This document shows, in pieces, positions 25,605 to 38,905 of a stretch of DNA of 64,000 bases. The DNA lies in NCBI RefSeq assembly GCF_006345805.1, contig NC_043022.1:24242001-24306000 (forward strand), read 5' to 3'. The position numbers and the translations under genes were made by a program. How positions within the stretch are numbered: the first letter of the stretch is position 1; each line of letters starts with the position of its first letter. Under the pieces are notes generated by a model that was not told where the DNA came from, did no database searches, and saw nothing but the letters and a program-made list of their open reading frames with translations. Origin of the DNA: Octopus sinensis. Lineage: Eukaryota.

Positions 25605-26260
25605 CTAAGGTGGCAAGCTGGAGCAACCTTTAGCATGCTGGGGAGAATGCTTAATGACATTTCATCTGTCTTTACGTTCAAATACCGTAGAGGCTGACTT
25701 CGCCTTGCAACCTTTCAGCGGTCAATAAAATAAGTACCAAAAGGATGATGAGGGATGATGATAAGAAAGGCGGTGAGCTGGTAGAATCGTTAGCATACCC
25801 GAGCGAAATGCTTAATGGTATTTCGTCTGCCGCTACATTCTGAGTTCAAATTCCGCCGAGGTTAACTTTGCCTTTCGTCCTTTCGGAGTCGATTAAATAA
25901 GTACCAGTTGCGCACTTAATCTGTTTGTCTGTACTTGTTTGTTCCCTCTATGTTTAGCCCCTTGTGGGTAGTAAAGAAATAGGTATTTCATCTGCCGCCA
26001 CATTCTGAGTTCAAATTCCGCCGAGGTTAACTTTGCCTTTGTATCCTTTCGGGGTCAATAAAATAAGTGCCAGTTACACACTGGGGTCGATGTAATCGAC
26101 TTAGTCCCTTTGTCTGTCCTTGTTTGTCCCATCTATGTTTAGCCCCTTGTGAGCAATAAAGAATTAAATAAAATCAGTACCGGCTGAGCACTCGAGGTCG
26201 AGGTAGTTGCCTTACCCACTCCACCAAACTTGCTGGCCTTGTGCCAAATTTTAAAACCAA
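25605..26260 (+). mobile_element. SINE B multimer cluster
   Basis: Partial copy, then head plus repeated unit joined by aaagaaataggtatttc. Confidence 0.7.
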
Positions 26261-26378
26261 CATCATCAACTAAACTCCATGAAGTTTGCTTGCCCCTGGA
26301 CAGCCACGCAGTCCAATGTCCAAAACCAATACAAAAAAACAAATACAAAAGAAATAAAAGCAGAAAAGTAAAGCTTAC

Positions 26379-26693
26379 CTTGCTGTTATTCACATTATCG
26401 TTTATATGTACATCGACGACGGTTTCTGCCTTTTTCTTGACTTGCTGTGAAGGTTTTGCTGGGGGCCTGTCCCTCGCGCAGGGCACAGGCGAGATGGACC
26501 GGCTCTCATTGTTACTAATATCATTGGCTAAGCAGTGTGGAGGTTGTAATGGCGATGGTGGGCGTGGTGCCAGAGGACTGGTAAGAGATGGCGAGACAAG
26601 GTTGGCTGGAGGGGGAAGCTGGGCAGCTAACTGGGACTGATGGTGCTTTTTGTTTATGGAATTTTTCATTGTATTCTGGAAAGACTCGAATGA
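26379..26693 (-). CDS. 315-nt Pro/Ser-rich coding exon SFESFQNTMKNS...VHINDNVNNSK
   Basis: Acceptor attttattctttatttttcag|, donor AAG|gtaagc, 105 open codons phase 0-0, GC-richer than flanks; overlaps ORF 26139-26669. Confidence 0.75.
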
Positions 26694-26735
26694 CTGAAAA
26701 ATAAAGAATAAAATGGCATCATTATAATAATAATA

Positions 26736-26768
<33 letters not shown>

Positions 26769-26779
26769 TAATAATTAAT

Positions 26780-27004
26780 TCTTTTTATTGGCCACAAGGG
26801 CTGACAAACATGATTGGAAAACATAAAGGGACAAAACAGGACGAAAGGTTACAAAAGGTTTTGTCCGTTTGTGAAAAAACCGAGTAAAAAACAGTGTAAC
26901 AATCAAAAATTTTAACAACGAAAAAACTCCCAATAGAGGAGACGCTTCGAAAAAAAAAGAAGAGTTCTCACGTGCAAAAACCCATAAAATCCACAGGAGC
27001 CTGG

Positions 27005-27005
<1 letters not shown>
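26780..27005 (-). mobile_element. Probable LINE 3' UTR with AATAAA and (ATT)n tail
   Basis: cccttgtggccAATAAAaagaatt followed by ~65 bp of ATT repeat. Confidence 0.35.
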
Positions 27006-27039
<34 letters not shown>

Positions 27040-27689
27040 TAATAATGAACAAAAATGTAGAAGCTATACCTGGATCCCCAATACTACACTCTATCCAAAA
27101 AATAGCCGTGCTAGGACCAGCCCACATCCTATGCAAGACACTGTCAGTACAATAATACAACCTAAACAAGACAACTCACAAACTCAAGACAAACTCTATA
27201 CAACAAAATATCCAATGAAATAAACTATCACCAGCAGGTCAGCTAACCAACACATTACATATACAACACTCAATACAAACACTGAAACAACAAAAGACTG
27301 CACCACACCTCATGAAAAAAGAAACTATGCAATACAGTACCGGGAAGAGTTTGCACACTCCCAACAACAAAAAAGAACACACAATGCTGCACACACCCCC
27401 AGCAACATAGAGGTGTAGAAGATGATGGGAGCACAAATTTGCCTGAAATTACCAAATGTTGAACAATGATAATAATAATTATTATTAAAATCATCATCCC
27501 TCATCATCCTTTTGATACCAACCACCTAAGATTGCATATGTGGTTCTCATGACTGAAGGGGGTCACAAAAAAAAAAGTTAGTTCTGGAACAGAGTGTTAT
27601 GTATTATGCTTATTTTTTCTTTAAGCTTTCAAAATAAAGGTAAGTAACATAATGGAATAGATTTCTATTATCCTCCATCCATCTTTTCC

Positions 27690-28325
27690 GGATGACTATT
27701 CTTGGGAAAGTCATGGGGATAGAGTCCTCAGGCACCACCTCCACAGATTCCTATCAGAAGCAGCAAATGTCATTAGACTTTTCGGTTTGAATGGCAGTTT
27801 TTAACATAATTTCTAGGTAACTAAAAAATTTTAAACTTCGTATACTGGTAGAATGAGTTTATAAAACATCTTTTTCTCTTGGCTTTATTGAGAAAATTCT
27901 ATGGTTTGTAAGATATTTGTTGTTTTTTTTCTTTAATTTCTGCGATTTCGACCAATGAATGACGTCTATTGAGGTAAAAAACATTTTGTGCCGTATGAAT
28001 ATGTCCCTTGTTTAAGAAACAGATTGGGTTTATTTACATTTGTGAAGAAACAAAGATACCCTTGCCCCCACCCCTAACCCTAATCCTAATCCAGATTGAA
28101 ATGCAATAGATCGATTCTAGGGTCATAATTATGGGTGACAATTTCATATGACACTGCTAGAAAAAAACTGCCGTTCAAACCGAAAAGATCCGACTTTTCA
28201 AATGGATTCCTAAGCATGACCAATTGAGACTGGATATTATCCAACCATCTTGTTTTCGGTCTACTCCAGAGTCTCTTGCTAGTTGGCTCAGCTTGATGAA
28301 TTTGGCTGGGGTGTGTAATTGTCAC
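27690..28325 (-). mobile_element. RTE (Rex3/Expander-like) LINE 3' ORF remnant interrupted by Merlin-like MITE
   Basis: IHQAEPTSKRLWSRPKTRWLDNI then (frameshift) LNWSCLGIHLKS|LMTFAASDRNLWRWCLRTLSP reads across the MITE once one TSD is removed. Confidence 0.7.
27784..28191 (+). mobile_element. Merlin-like MITE copy 2 (subtype a), first 10 bp deleted
   Basis: Perfect 8-bp TSD gacttttc at 27776-27783 and 28192-28199. Confidence 0.8.
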
Positions 28326-28355
28326 AGCTTTTCTTCATAATTTCTATGAAGTGGA

Positions 28356-28649
28356 TTGATATGTGCAAACCACTGTGGGAGCTGTATCACAATCTGTGGA
28401 TGTAGGATTGGTCGGCTGATATTCACAGGCAACACAGTGCTTCTTGACTCATCAGAAGGTGATCTCCAGCATGTAATGAATGAGTTCACTGCTGAGTGCT
28501 GCAAGGTAGGAATGAGAGTCGGTTCTGCAAAGTCTGAGACATTGATCCTCTCAAGAAAGTCTTCCAAGTACACTCCGCATGTTAGTGGAACATCACAGAG
28601 AACCATAGAGAACTTTAAAGCATCTCAAGGCCATATTCTGTTATCCTAA
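28356..28649 (+). mobile_element. RTE-like RT C-terminal fragment, inverted relative to the adjacent 3' fragment
   Basis: LIFTGNTVLLDSSEGDLQHVMNEFTAECCKVGMRVGSAKSETLILSRK resembles LLFADDVVLLASS..DLQ..L.RFAAEC...GMRIS.SKSE.MVL.RK. Confidence 0.65.
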
Positions 28650-29079
28650 TGATATAAATTATATTCACAATGGTCTGGGGGGCAATGATTCTTCAAGAGG
28701 CTTTGCAATAAGTGATTCCACATCATAAAAATTAATTCCCAGCTTTGCCATAGTCTTGGTGATAATTTCACTCACTTTGCACTCAAATTACAGCTACTTT
28801 CTTGGGAAATCAACTAATTGTTTCCAGCTGTTTGTATTAAATGAAATAAAATTGTTTTTTGCCAAAGGAATCGTATGCATTATGCAAACAGATTTCTTTG
28901 AGGGGTTTGTTTTATCTGTAGACGACATCTTAGTCTTCAACTGCATAATATAGTAATGTCATACTCTTCTGATGATGCAAGTGATTGGCTAAAAGAATGA
29001 CCCCTACTAAAATGTGGAAATTAAGAAGTAGTAGAAAAAACAGCTTAGTTTTTTTACAGGTTAATGAACAAATTATTCT

Positions 29080-29388
29080 TTGTAAGCCTAGTACTTATTC
29101 TATCGGTCTCTTTTGCCAAACAGCTAAGTTACGGGGATGTAAACACACCAGCATCAGTTGTCAAGCGATGTTGGGGGACAAACACAGACACAAACACACA
29201 CATACATATATATACATACATATATACAACGGGCTTCTTTTCAGTTTCCGTCTACCAAATCCACTCACAAGGACTTGGTTGGCCTGAGGCTATAATAGAA
29301 GACACTTGCCCAAGGTGCCACGCAGTGGGACTGAACCCAGAACCATGTGGTTGGTAAGCCAGATACTTACCACACAGCCACCCCTGTC
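29080..29388 (-). mobile_element. SINE A (tail truncated)
   Basis: Homology to family consensus. Confidence 0.75.
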
Positions 29389-29759
29389 CTATTTTATCAA
29401 CTTCTGGGTTGATAAAATAATGTACAAGACATGTACAGGGGTTGATATAATTCACTAACCCCTCCCACACAAATTTCTGGCTTTGTTCTCTTAGAGAAGC
29501 AGTTACTAGAAATGTAAAGAGACAAAACATTCTCTCATGAAATTATTATGAAAGTTCCAATTTTTAAAATATTTCAAATTTAAATATGAACATTTTTATA
29601 ATTAGAGGTTTTCAATCAGAGCGCCAGAATTGGTCTCAAGTGGTTTAAGGCTCCTCCTGTCTACTGGGAGAAAGAGGGAGAGATGAAGAGACTAATAGCT
29701 AAATGAAGAATTAATAAATGAACTAAACCGTATAAAAAAATGAGCAATTAATAAACATA

Positions 29760-30255
29760 GCAGGCGCGGCTGTGCGGAAAGAAATTTGCTTCTCAACTAC
29801 ATGGTTCCAGGTTCAGTTCTACTGTGCGGTACATCAGGCTAGTGATCTTCTACTGTAGCCCCAGGCTGGCCAAAATCTTATGAGTTAATTTGCTAGATGG
29901 AAACTGAAAGAGCCTGCTGTATGATGTATGTGTGTGTGCCTCTCTCTGTCATTGCTTGCCAGCTGGTGCTGGTTTGTCAAGACTTAGCGGTTTGGCAAAA
30001 GAGACTCATAGAATAAGTGCCAGGATGTGAAAGAAAAAAATACTGGGGTGAACTCATTCAACTAAAAATCCTTCGGGCCAGTGCCCCAGCATGGCCGCAA
30101 CCCAATCATTAAAACAAGTAAAAAAAATAAATAAACATGGTTCCGGGTTCAGTCCCACTGTGTGGCACTTTGGGCAAGTGTCTTCTACTATAACCTTGGG
30201 CCAACCAAAGCCTTGTGAGTGGATTTGGTAGACGGAAACTGAAAGAAGCCCGTCG

Positions 30256-30286
<31 letters not shown>

Positions 30287-30520
30287 CTTACATGTGTGTG
30301 TCTTTCTATATGTGTTTGTTCACCCACCCCTTCGCTGCTTGACAACTGGTGTTGGTGTGCTTGCGTCCCCGTAAACTAGCGGTTCAGCAAAAGAGACCAA
30401 TAGAATAAGTACCAGGATTTAAAAAAAATAAGTATTCAATTCATTCGACTGAAAGGAATTTGAGGCGGTGCCCCAGCATGGCCACAGTCTAATAACTGAA
30501 ACAAGTAATAGAATAAAAGA
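29760..30520 (+). mobile_element. Two adjacent SINE A copies (older 29760-30120; 5'-truncated 30135-30520)
   Basis: Homology to family consensus. Confidence 0.7.
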
Positions 30521-30989
30521 ATAAATAAAAACAAGAAAAAAAGTGTTTGATGCTGTGTCATTTGAAGACAGAATAATAATATAAAAGAACCACCCCATCC
30601 CCCAAGCTTCCCCCTGCCTCTTCCAAACTCTTTTCCTTTTTTTAGAAAGAGCACAGTGTTTGTTATTAGTAACAAGCGCTGAAGGACCAAAAAAACAGAG
30701 GTCAGCTTATGGTATTATGAAAACAACATCTGACAATGTTATGTATTTCCCTTGGAAGTTATGCAAATAGTGAAAATTGAAACACTTTTACCAAGAAACT
30801 AAAGTTGTTATCAAAACACTAACACTATTGAGGCCCTTGTGTGACAATAACCGCATCGGGTGTTTTTTTTTTTTTTGGTTTTTATCGTTTCTGTTCATTT
30901 TCTTATTATTTTGTTTTGTGAAAGGAGAGCTGAGGGAGAAAAGGTGGAGAGGAGGGGAGAGGAGCGAATGCTAGAAATTAAAAGAAATT

Positions 30990-31510
30990 TGCAGAGTGAT
31001 TTGGAATGAGGGTAGTGTGTGTGCGCACGCATGTGTGTGTGTGTCTGAATGTGTGTGTGTGTGTGTCTGTCTGTCTGTCTGTCTGTCTATGTCTGTATGT
31101 GTGAGTGTGAATAGTGTGTAAGCATGTATTGTGGATGTATAATTGTATGTGCGTGAGAATAATGTGTGTGAATGTGTAATGGTGTGTATGCGTGAAAATA
31201 TTGTGTAGGCATGTATGTGAATGTGTAACAGTGTGTGTGTGTGTGTGTGTGAATGTGTAATAGTGTGTATGTGTGCGTGAATGTCGTGTAAATGCGTGTG
31301 AATGTGTTTATATGAATAATGCATGTGTGGGTGAGTGTGTGTGTAGTGTGAATGTGTGTGCATATGTGTGTAAATGTGTGAGTGTATGTGTATGCGTGAG
31401 TGTGTTGGTGTTTGTGAAAGCGAGTGTGTATGCATGTGAGAGATTGTGTGTGCGTATGCGCGTGCACACACACACGTGCATGCATGTGTGTGTGTGCGTG
31501 CACTCACATC
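30990..31510. repeat. Degenerate TG-rich tract
   Basis: Direct reading. Confidence 0.8.
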
Positions 31511-32089
31511 AATTGTTTCTGGTGCTTTTTTTTCCCCTTCTTCAAATGTATTTTTAAATCACACACACACACACGCAACCTTCTTAGTAGTAGTAGTAGT
31601 AGTAGTAGTAGTAAGTAAAAAAAAGGTTGGCAAAAAAAAAGAAAAGAAAAAAGGCAGCCTTTTTTTTTTTTTTATTATTATTTTTAGAAGATTTTTAAGT
31701 GGAAAGTCTCAATTGATATTTCCTGTATGTTAAAATGTCTGAGATATTGGATTTCTGAGAGACAGGAGGAGAGGTGTGTGGGTAGGTGGGAAAGAGGGAG
31801 CAATAATAATAATAATAATAATAATAATCATCATCATCAACAAGCATTATATTTCTCATATCCGTTGACCCTCTCCATTTCCTCTGGCACCAACAGAGAC
31901 TCGTTAAACTTGATGAAAGCACATTGGAATTACCTTTGCATGGTTCATGTGTACACACGTGCACGCACATACATGAGTCTAGTTAATGAACAGATACTGC
32001 TGTAACAATATACATCACAGCTTACTTTATTAATTTAACGAATATACTTATCTGCGCATATGAGTATGTGTTTATATATATATGCTGAG

Positions 32090-32430
32090 ACCCCCTTCGG
32101 TCATGACTGACCGTGGGTTTGCACCTAGAAAGTTACCCTCCTAGTCACAAGTCTGGGTAAGGTTGTTTTATGGAAGACCACAGCAGTCGCCCATGCATAC
32201 CGGCCTCCCCTCTCCATGCCACCAGTGTCATCCAAGGGAAAGGTAAAAGCCGATACAGCTTGGCACCTGTGATGTCGCAACTCATTTCTACAGCTGAGTG
32301 AACTGGAGCAACGTGTAATATAGTGTGTTGCTCAATCAGGAACACAACATGCAGCCTAGTCCAGGATTCAAACTCACAACCTTGCAATTGTAAGCTTGAC
32401 ACTCTAACCATTGAGCCATGCGCCTTCACT
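32090..32430 (-). mobile_element. SINE D
   Basis: Reverse complement of 3545-3888. Confidence 0.75.
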
Positions 32431-32442
32431 TATATATATATA

Positions 32443-32805
32443 TTCTTTTATTCTTTACTTGTTTCAGTCATTTGACTGTGGCCATGCTGGAGCACTGCCT
32501 TTAGTCGATCAAATTGACCCCAGAACTTGTTCTTTGTAAGCCTAGTACTTATTCTATCGGTCTCTCTTGCTGAACCGCTAAGATACAGGGATGTAAACAC
32601 ACCAGCACTGGTTGTCAAGTTATGTTGGGGGCAGAGACAAACATATACATGCATACATATGTATATACGATGGACTGTTTTCAGTTTCCGTCAACCAAAT
32701 CCATTCACAAGGCTTTGGTCAGCCCAAGGCTATAGTAGAAGACACTTGCCCAAGGTTCCACGCAGTGGGACTGAACCCAGAACCACGTGGTTGGTAAGCA
32801 AGCTA
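32443..32805 (-). mobile_element. SINE A
   Basis: Homology to family consensus. Confidence 0.75.
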
Positions 32806-33399
32806 GAGATACATTCTTATGTCAGTTAAAGAGATTCATATGCAAATGCACACACACACACACACACACATATAAAGCTTAAGGCATATTTGAACCCCTA
32901 AAAAAAGCCATTCACTGTATTTTGTCATGGAGAAATTTTCTGCTGTTGACAGATAGATGTAAACACGAAGTTAGTTCAAAGTGCCTCCTATATATATATA
33001 TATAAATACATACACACACAAACACACACACAAGCCTAAATAGATTCATATGCAAATATGCACACATGCATACACACACACACAATGTATACAGTCAATT
33101 AAAATGACAAGAGACAGTTTCCTTTCTCTGCCCTTTCCATCACCTCATGTAACACTCATCTCCATCAACACAAGCCACACCCTGTCCCAGTGTTTGTGCA
33201 GGAGACAATATAACACAAGGGTCAAGTGTGACCCCATTGGTGTAATCTCAGAATGTCTTCCATCACAGCCAGCATTAGTGTGGATAAAAAGTGACGAAGG
33301 GAGATTCAACTACTGTCAACATATTTGGAGAGAGAGAGAGAGGGGGAGAGGGACAGAGAGAGAGAGAGAGAGAGAGAAATAGAGGAGAGAGAGGTAGTA

Positions 33400-34060
33400 T
33401 TGTTTGTCAACATAGCTTAGAGGAAGTGACACAACCACTCACAAAATAGTTACAGATGACGGCTTTGTCAACATTGATGTAAATGGACACAGCTACCACT
33501 AACATTCTTAGGTGACACATCTATTGTCACTGGAGGTATAAGTGACACAATTATGTCAACATAGAGGTGACACAAATACTGTCTACATTATCAGAGGTGA
33601 CTGACCTAAGTACTGTTCACATGCTGTATTTGCCAGTATACATGACACATTCTCACATAAGACAATTTCCTACATTTTGTTTTCGAGAAAAGAGTTATTT
33701 GGGGGGGGGGGAATCAAATTTAGTGTTTCGTCATACACTTAAACACTTGGTATTCCATCTGTAATACAGCTGCATTAGATGTATGCCAACATTTTGGTTT
33801 ATATAAAAAAAAAAATGCATGTCTTACACACCAGCATACACATTAGCAATATGTGACAAAAGTATTGTCAACATTGTTAGGAATGATATAAATAAATATT
33901 AACATTGTTAGAAGTGATATGAAATACTGTCAATATAGTTATAGGTGATGCAACAACTGTCAACAGATACAGTAGGTGACAAAATTACTGTCAACATTGT
34001 TAGAGGTGACACAACAGTCAACACAGAGATTATAGTTGATAAAATTACTGTCAACATAGA
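33400..34060. repeat. Degenerate ~30-bp minisatellite (tgtcaacat..agaggtgacacaa)
   Basis: Motif recurs more than 10 times. Confidence 0.7.
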
Positions 34061-34124
34061 TATAGAATATTTATTTTAACTTAAGGGAAAAGAATCAAAA
34101 GAAACTGATACAGGGGTTAAGGAG

Positions 34125-34305
34125 TAGGAGTGGCTGTGTCGTAAGTAGCTTGCTTCCCAACCACATGGTTCTGGGTTCAGTCCCACTGCGTGGCACTTTG
34201 GGCAAGTGTCTTCTACTATAGCCTTAGGCTGACCAAAGCCTTGTGAGTGGATTTGGTAGATGGAAACTGAAAGAAGCCCGTCGTATATATGTATATATAT
34301 ATATG

Positions 34306-34368
<63 letters not shown>

Positions 34369-34640
34369 TCACCCATCACAACAGAATTGATATCCTAAAA
34401 AACAAGGTACCACATAAAAAGCACTGGTGTGGGTGCTGGTGCCACATAAAAAGCACTGATGCTGTGTAAAAAGCACTCAGTCCTCTCTGTAAATCGGTTG
34501 CTGTTAGGAAGGGCATCCAGCTCTAGAAACCATGCCAAAACAGATTATGGGAACCTAGTGAGGCTCCTGGCCTTACCGGTTTCTGTCAAGCTGTCTAACC
34601 CATGCCAGCATGGAGAATGGGCATTAAATGCTGATGATGG
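34125..34640 (+). mobile_element. SINE A head + (TA)n + repeat E 3' module
   Basis: A head 34125-34285, microsatellite, then E core and gatgat tail. Confidence 0.6.
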
Positions 34641-35559
34641 TGTTGCAGTCACAAACACAACCCCCCTAACCACTAGGTCACATGCCCTCACTCTATATGT
34701 AAACATAGTAGAGCTGAAAAAACATCGGTTAATTGAGATTATCCATGCAATTAGCAGACAAAAAAACCCCTTTTCTATTGGGGGGGGGGAGATTCCTGAG
34801 TGTGTCCTTACATATATGTACACACATGTGCAGCAAGCAATTGTAGGCCATTTCTGATAAGATAAAAGTCCGTGAAGAATGTGGTGGCGTCGGTGGTGGT
34901 GGTGGTGGTGGGGATATTTGTTAGTAAGTGGGGGTGAGCATGTTCAAAGATGTTTTTTTCCTCTGGGGGAGGGGATAGGGCCAGTTTGGAAGATATTTTT
35001 CCTTACTGCCTTATTTATTTATTTTTCATTTCCCTTTTTAATTTATTGTCACTATTATCATTATTGTTGTTGTTGTTGTTGCTGTTGCAAAAAGGAAGCG
35101 GGGAGGGGAGGAGGAACAGAAGAAACCCCCCCCCATCTCAAGATGTAGAATCTTTAAACAGACAAAACATACCAGATTTATGAGTCATATACCCAATAAT
35201 TTCATAGCTTGTTCTAGTTGTTATTAACATCAAGAACAGGGAGCAGTGTGTGGGGAGGGGGGCAAAGTGGGTCCCTCTCATTCATCCTTTCTTCCTTCTC
35301 TTAGTTGTTGGCTTTGTGTTTGTTGTTTCAGCATTGGATTTTGTAGGGGTTTTTTTTTTTTTCTACTGTTCACAGTCTTTTTTTTTCCTTCTTTTAGGCC
35401 TTTATGTGTGCATGTGCGCGTGCATTCGTGTATATATATGTGTGTGTGTATATGTTATTGTAATTATGTTCTGCTGTTTTATTTAAAGACACCATTCACC
35501 CCTTTATGCACACACAGCCGATAAGCAGAACCTAGAGCTTTATTTATTTGATTGTTTAT

Positions 35560-35821
35560 GAAACCATTATTAATATTATTATTATTATTATTATTGTTAT
35601 TGTTGTTATTATTATTATTGTTGTTATTATTATATTATTATTGTTATTATTATTATTATTATTATTGTTGTTATTATTATTATTATTGTTATTTTATTAT
35701 TATTATTATTATTGTTGTATTATTATTATTATGTTATTATTATTATTATTATTATTATTGTTATTATTATTATTATTATTATTTTGTTGTTATTATTATT
35801 ATTATTGTGTTATTATTATTA

Positions 35822-35855
<34 letters not shown>

Positions 35856-35890
35856 GTTGTTATTATTATTATTATTATTATTATCATTTG
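35560..35890. repeat. (ATT/GTT)n trinucleotide tract, ~330 bp
   Basis: Direct reading. Confidence 0.95.
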
Positions 35891-36079
35891 TAGTTTTTGT
35901 CTTTTTTGTTTGCTGTTTTCTTTTATTGTTCAGTTGAGAGAGAGAGAGTGGAGGGGGTGAGAGGTGAAGGAAGGTTGACAGCTACACCTCTCATTTTAAT
36001 GCTTAGATGCCTGTTAAATCAAGCCAAATGTCAGCGAAGTCTCAAGCTATTATTTTCTCTCTGTGAAACAAGCAGGCCA

Positions 36080-36720
36080 GCACTTTCCCCCCTTACCAAA
36101 CCTTACCACCCAGTCTATCATCCACACACACACACTGCCCCTACCTCCCACCATCGCCACTATCACCACAGATTCTATACCCTACCACCAACCCTCACCA
36201 CAGATCGACCCCCCCCCCGACCACTTCTTCACCAACCACAATTTACACCTCCTGCCCCCAACCATCACTATCACACACACTCACAACCCTACCGCTGCCA
36301 CCACCACCACCACCAACATCACATAGTTACATCGCCTCCTTCTCCGCCGCCACCACAACCATCACAGTTACATCGCCTCCTCCACCGCCGCCGCCGTCAC
36401 AACCATCAACATCATCATCGCATACCCAGTTACATTTCCCTCTAGCACCACCACCACCACCACCACCACAACCACCACATCACCTAGTTCATAACATTTC
36501 CACCACCAGCACCAGCATTGCCCAGTTACATCTCCACCACCACCACCACAGCTATAACATCAACACCACCACCACCACCATCATCATCACCACCCAGTTA
36601 CGTCTCCTCCACCACCGCTACACGATCCATCTCCATCACCACCACCTCCACAACCGTAGCTATAACATCAAGTTACGTCTCCTCCACCACCACCACCGCC
36701 GCCACCCTCTCCCCTACAAG
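36080..36720. repeat. (CCA)n-rich degenerate repeat punctuated by cagttac(a/g)tc
   Basis: Anchor motif seen about 6 times. Confidence 0.7.
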
Positions 36721-37010
36721 CTGTTCAACACAGCTGTTGACATAAATACTGGGGGTCTAAATGCTATATTAGTCTTTGTTCTTTGTTAAGTTTTGACTTG
36801 AAATTAATTGTGATTGCCTTGTAGCTTTCATTGTTTCTCGTTTATTTTTGTTTGTTTTAGTTCTATGTGCTTTGTTATTGCCTCGTATTTTGTTTTGTTG
36901 TTGTAGTGATTGTATAATTGCTGTTAATGATAGCAGAGTTAATGGGTATTTGCCTGGTTGTTGGCTACTGGTTATATACTTCCACCTAACCTACCTACCT
37001 ACCTACCTAC

Positions 37011-37190
37011 CTGCCCATTTTTCCTATCCACCCTGGAGACAAGATGTTCCACGGTGGTCATTTGTTCAATAGTGGGGGGGGGGGCGAGTTGAGCAGTGCC
37101 ACCACCTCCGCACCCTGCCTTATCTGAGGGTGGGGTGTTAGGAAGGAGGCAGAGTTCTTGGAACTTCTGCGTGCTATACTGTGGAGGCAT
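37011..37190 (-). CDS. Probable first coding exon MPPQYSTQKF...VSRVDRKNGQ
   Basis: 60 codons from ATG to phase-0 donor CAG|gtaggt; in-frame TAA 6 codons upstream; no strong acceptor seen; 11-G homopolymer makes the frame vulnerable to sequencing error. Confidence 0.45.
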
Positions 37191-37309
37191 GCTGATGTGA
37201 AAGCTTTAGGACTCCCGTGTCACGATCAGCTCACGAAACAAAATAGGGCAGTTGTTGAAGACGTTTCAACTGTTACATTGGACCCAAGTTGAGCAATCAC
37301 GATGCAGTT

Positions 37310-38290
37310 TTCATATATGATATAACACAAGCCAATAGATGTGTGATACGTCACCAGTTAGTTGTGGTCATGTGATATGTCACCACCCATGGGATAACGA
37401 TACTTGCTTTGGGAGACACCTGATATACCAGTAGCCATGTGATACAATACTGGCTTGTAGCTGTGAGATACAATTGAAGCCAGTGGCTTTGTGATACAAT
37501 ACAAGCCAGTAGCCATGTGATAAAACACCAGCTAGTGGCCATATGATACAACACTAGACAATAAATGTCTGATATGCTACTAGTTAGTTGTGGTCATGTG
37601 ATATGTCACCAGCCATGCGATAATAATACTGTCTTGGGAGCCATCTGATATGCCAGCAGCCATGTGATAACAATACTGTCTTGGGAGCCATCTGATATGC
37701 CAGCAGCCATGTGATACAATACTGGCTAGTAGCTGTGTGATACAATTCAGGCCAGTGGCCATGTGATACAATACAAGCAAGTAGCCATGTGATATACCAA
37801 AAACCAGCAGTCGTGTGATAAAACACCAGCTAGTGGCCATATGATACAACACTAGACAATAAATGTCTGAAATGTTACTAGTTAGTTGTGGTCATGTGAT
37901 AGGTCATCAGCCATATGATAACAACTGTCTGGTATCCATCTGATATGCTAGCTGCCATGTGATACAATACAAGCCAGTTGCCATGTGATACAACACTAGT
38001 CAATAGATATGTGATATGTCACCAGCTAGTTGTGGTCATTTGATATGTCACCAACCATGTGATAACAATAATATCTGGTAGCCATCTGATATGCTGGCAG
38101 TCATGTGATACAACACTAGCTAGTGGCCATGCAGTATACCAATATCCAGTAGCCACGAGATAAGATAGTAACCAGTAACCATACAATTCTCCACCTGGCC
38201 AGCAAACCAGTGGCCATGTGATATACCAACAGCAAGCAACCATGAGATAAAATACCAGCCAGTAGCCATGCGATACACCACCAACCAGTA
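37310..38290. repeat. Higher-order minisatellite built on gccatgtgata(caa)
   Basis: ~20-bp motif nested in ~230-300-bp blocks starting tagttagttgtggtcatgtgata. Confidence 0.8.
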
Positions 38291-38905
38291 GCTACAATCA
38301 AAATAAAAACAATGTAAGCTCTGATAAGAAAAAAACTGGATTAGTTCATTCACATGCAAACAGAGCGTTACAAATGCAAGATTATCCGAGGGGATTAAGC
38401 CTGAATCCTCTGAAACAGGCAGTTAAAGCTAAACACACAAGACCAAAACCCAAGATTTACTATGTCAAACAACTAGGAACTTTCACAGAAATAACAGAGA
38501 AGCACATTATTAAAAAGACAATTGGGGAAAAGGAGCCAGGATTTACACTCAACTGACTGGTGTAAAATAAGACTGGTCTGCTGCTCTAAAAAAATGGTCA
38601 TTGGATAATGTAAGCCAAGGTAAGCAATGTCTGAAAAAAGATGAGGTGGTCACAGCCGAATGCCTTTATATTTTAATTGTTTGTCGCTGGGTTTTGGCCA
38701 TGCTGGGGCATCACCTTAACGGGTCTTTTTAATTTTAATCAAACAGACCAACCCCCAGAATTTACTTTTCTTAAAGTCTGGTACTTATTCTATTGGTCTC
38801 ACTTCTTGCTGAACCACTAAGTTACAGGGACATAATCAAATCAGTACCAGGTGTCAAGTGATGGTGGGGGACAAACACAGACACACACACACATACATTT
38901 ATATA

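Noticed and set aside
28770-28840. Acceptor/donor pairs on the minus strand here and at 31934-32000
   Set aside because: Stops occur in all three frames.
38374-38556. 60-aa plus-strand ORF in unique sequence
   Set aside because: No splice signals or recognisable motif.
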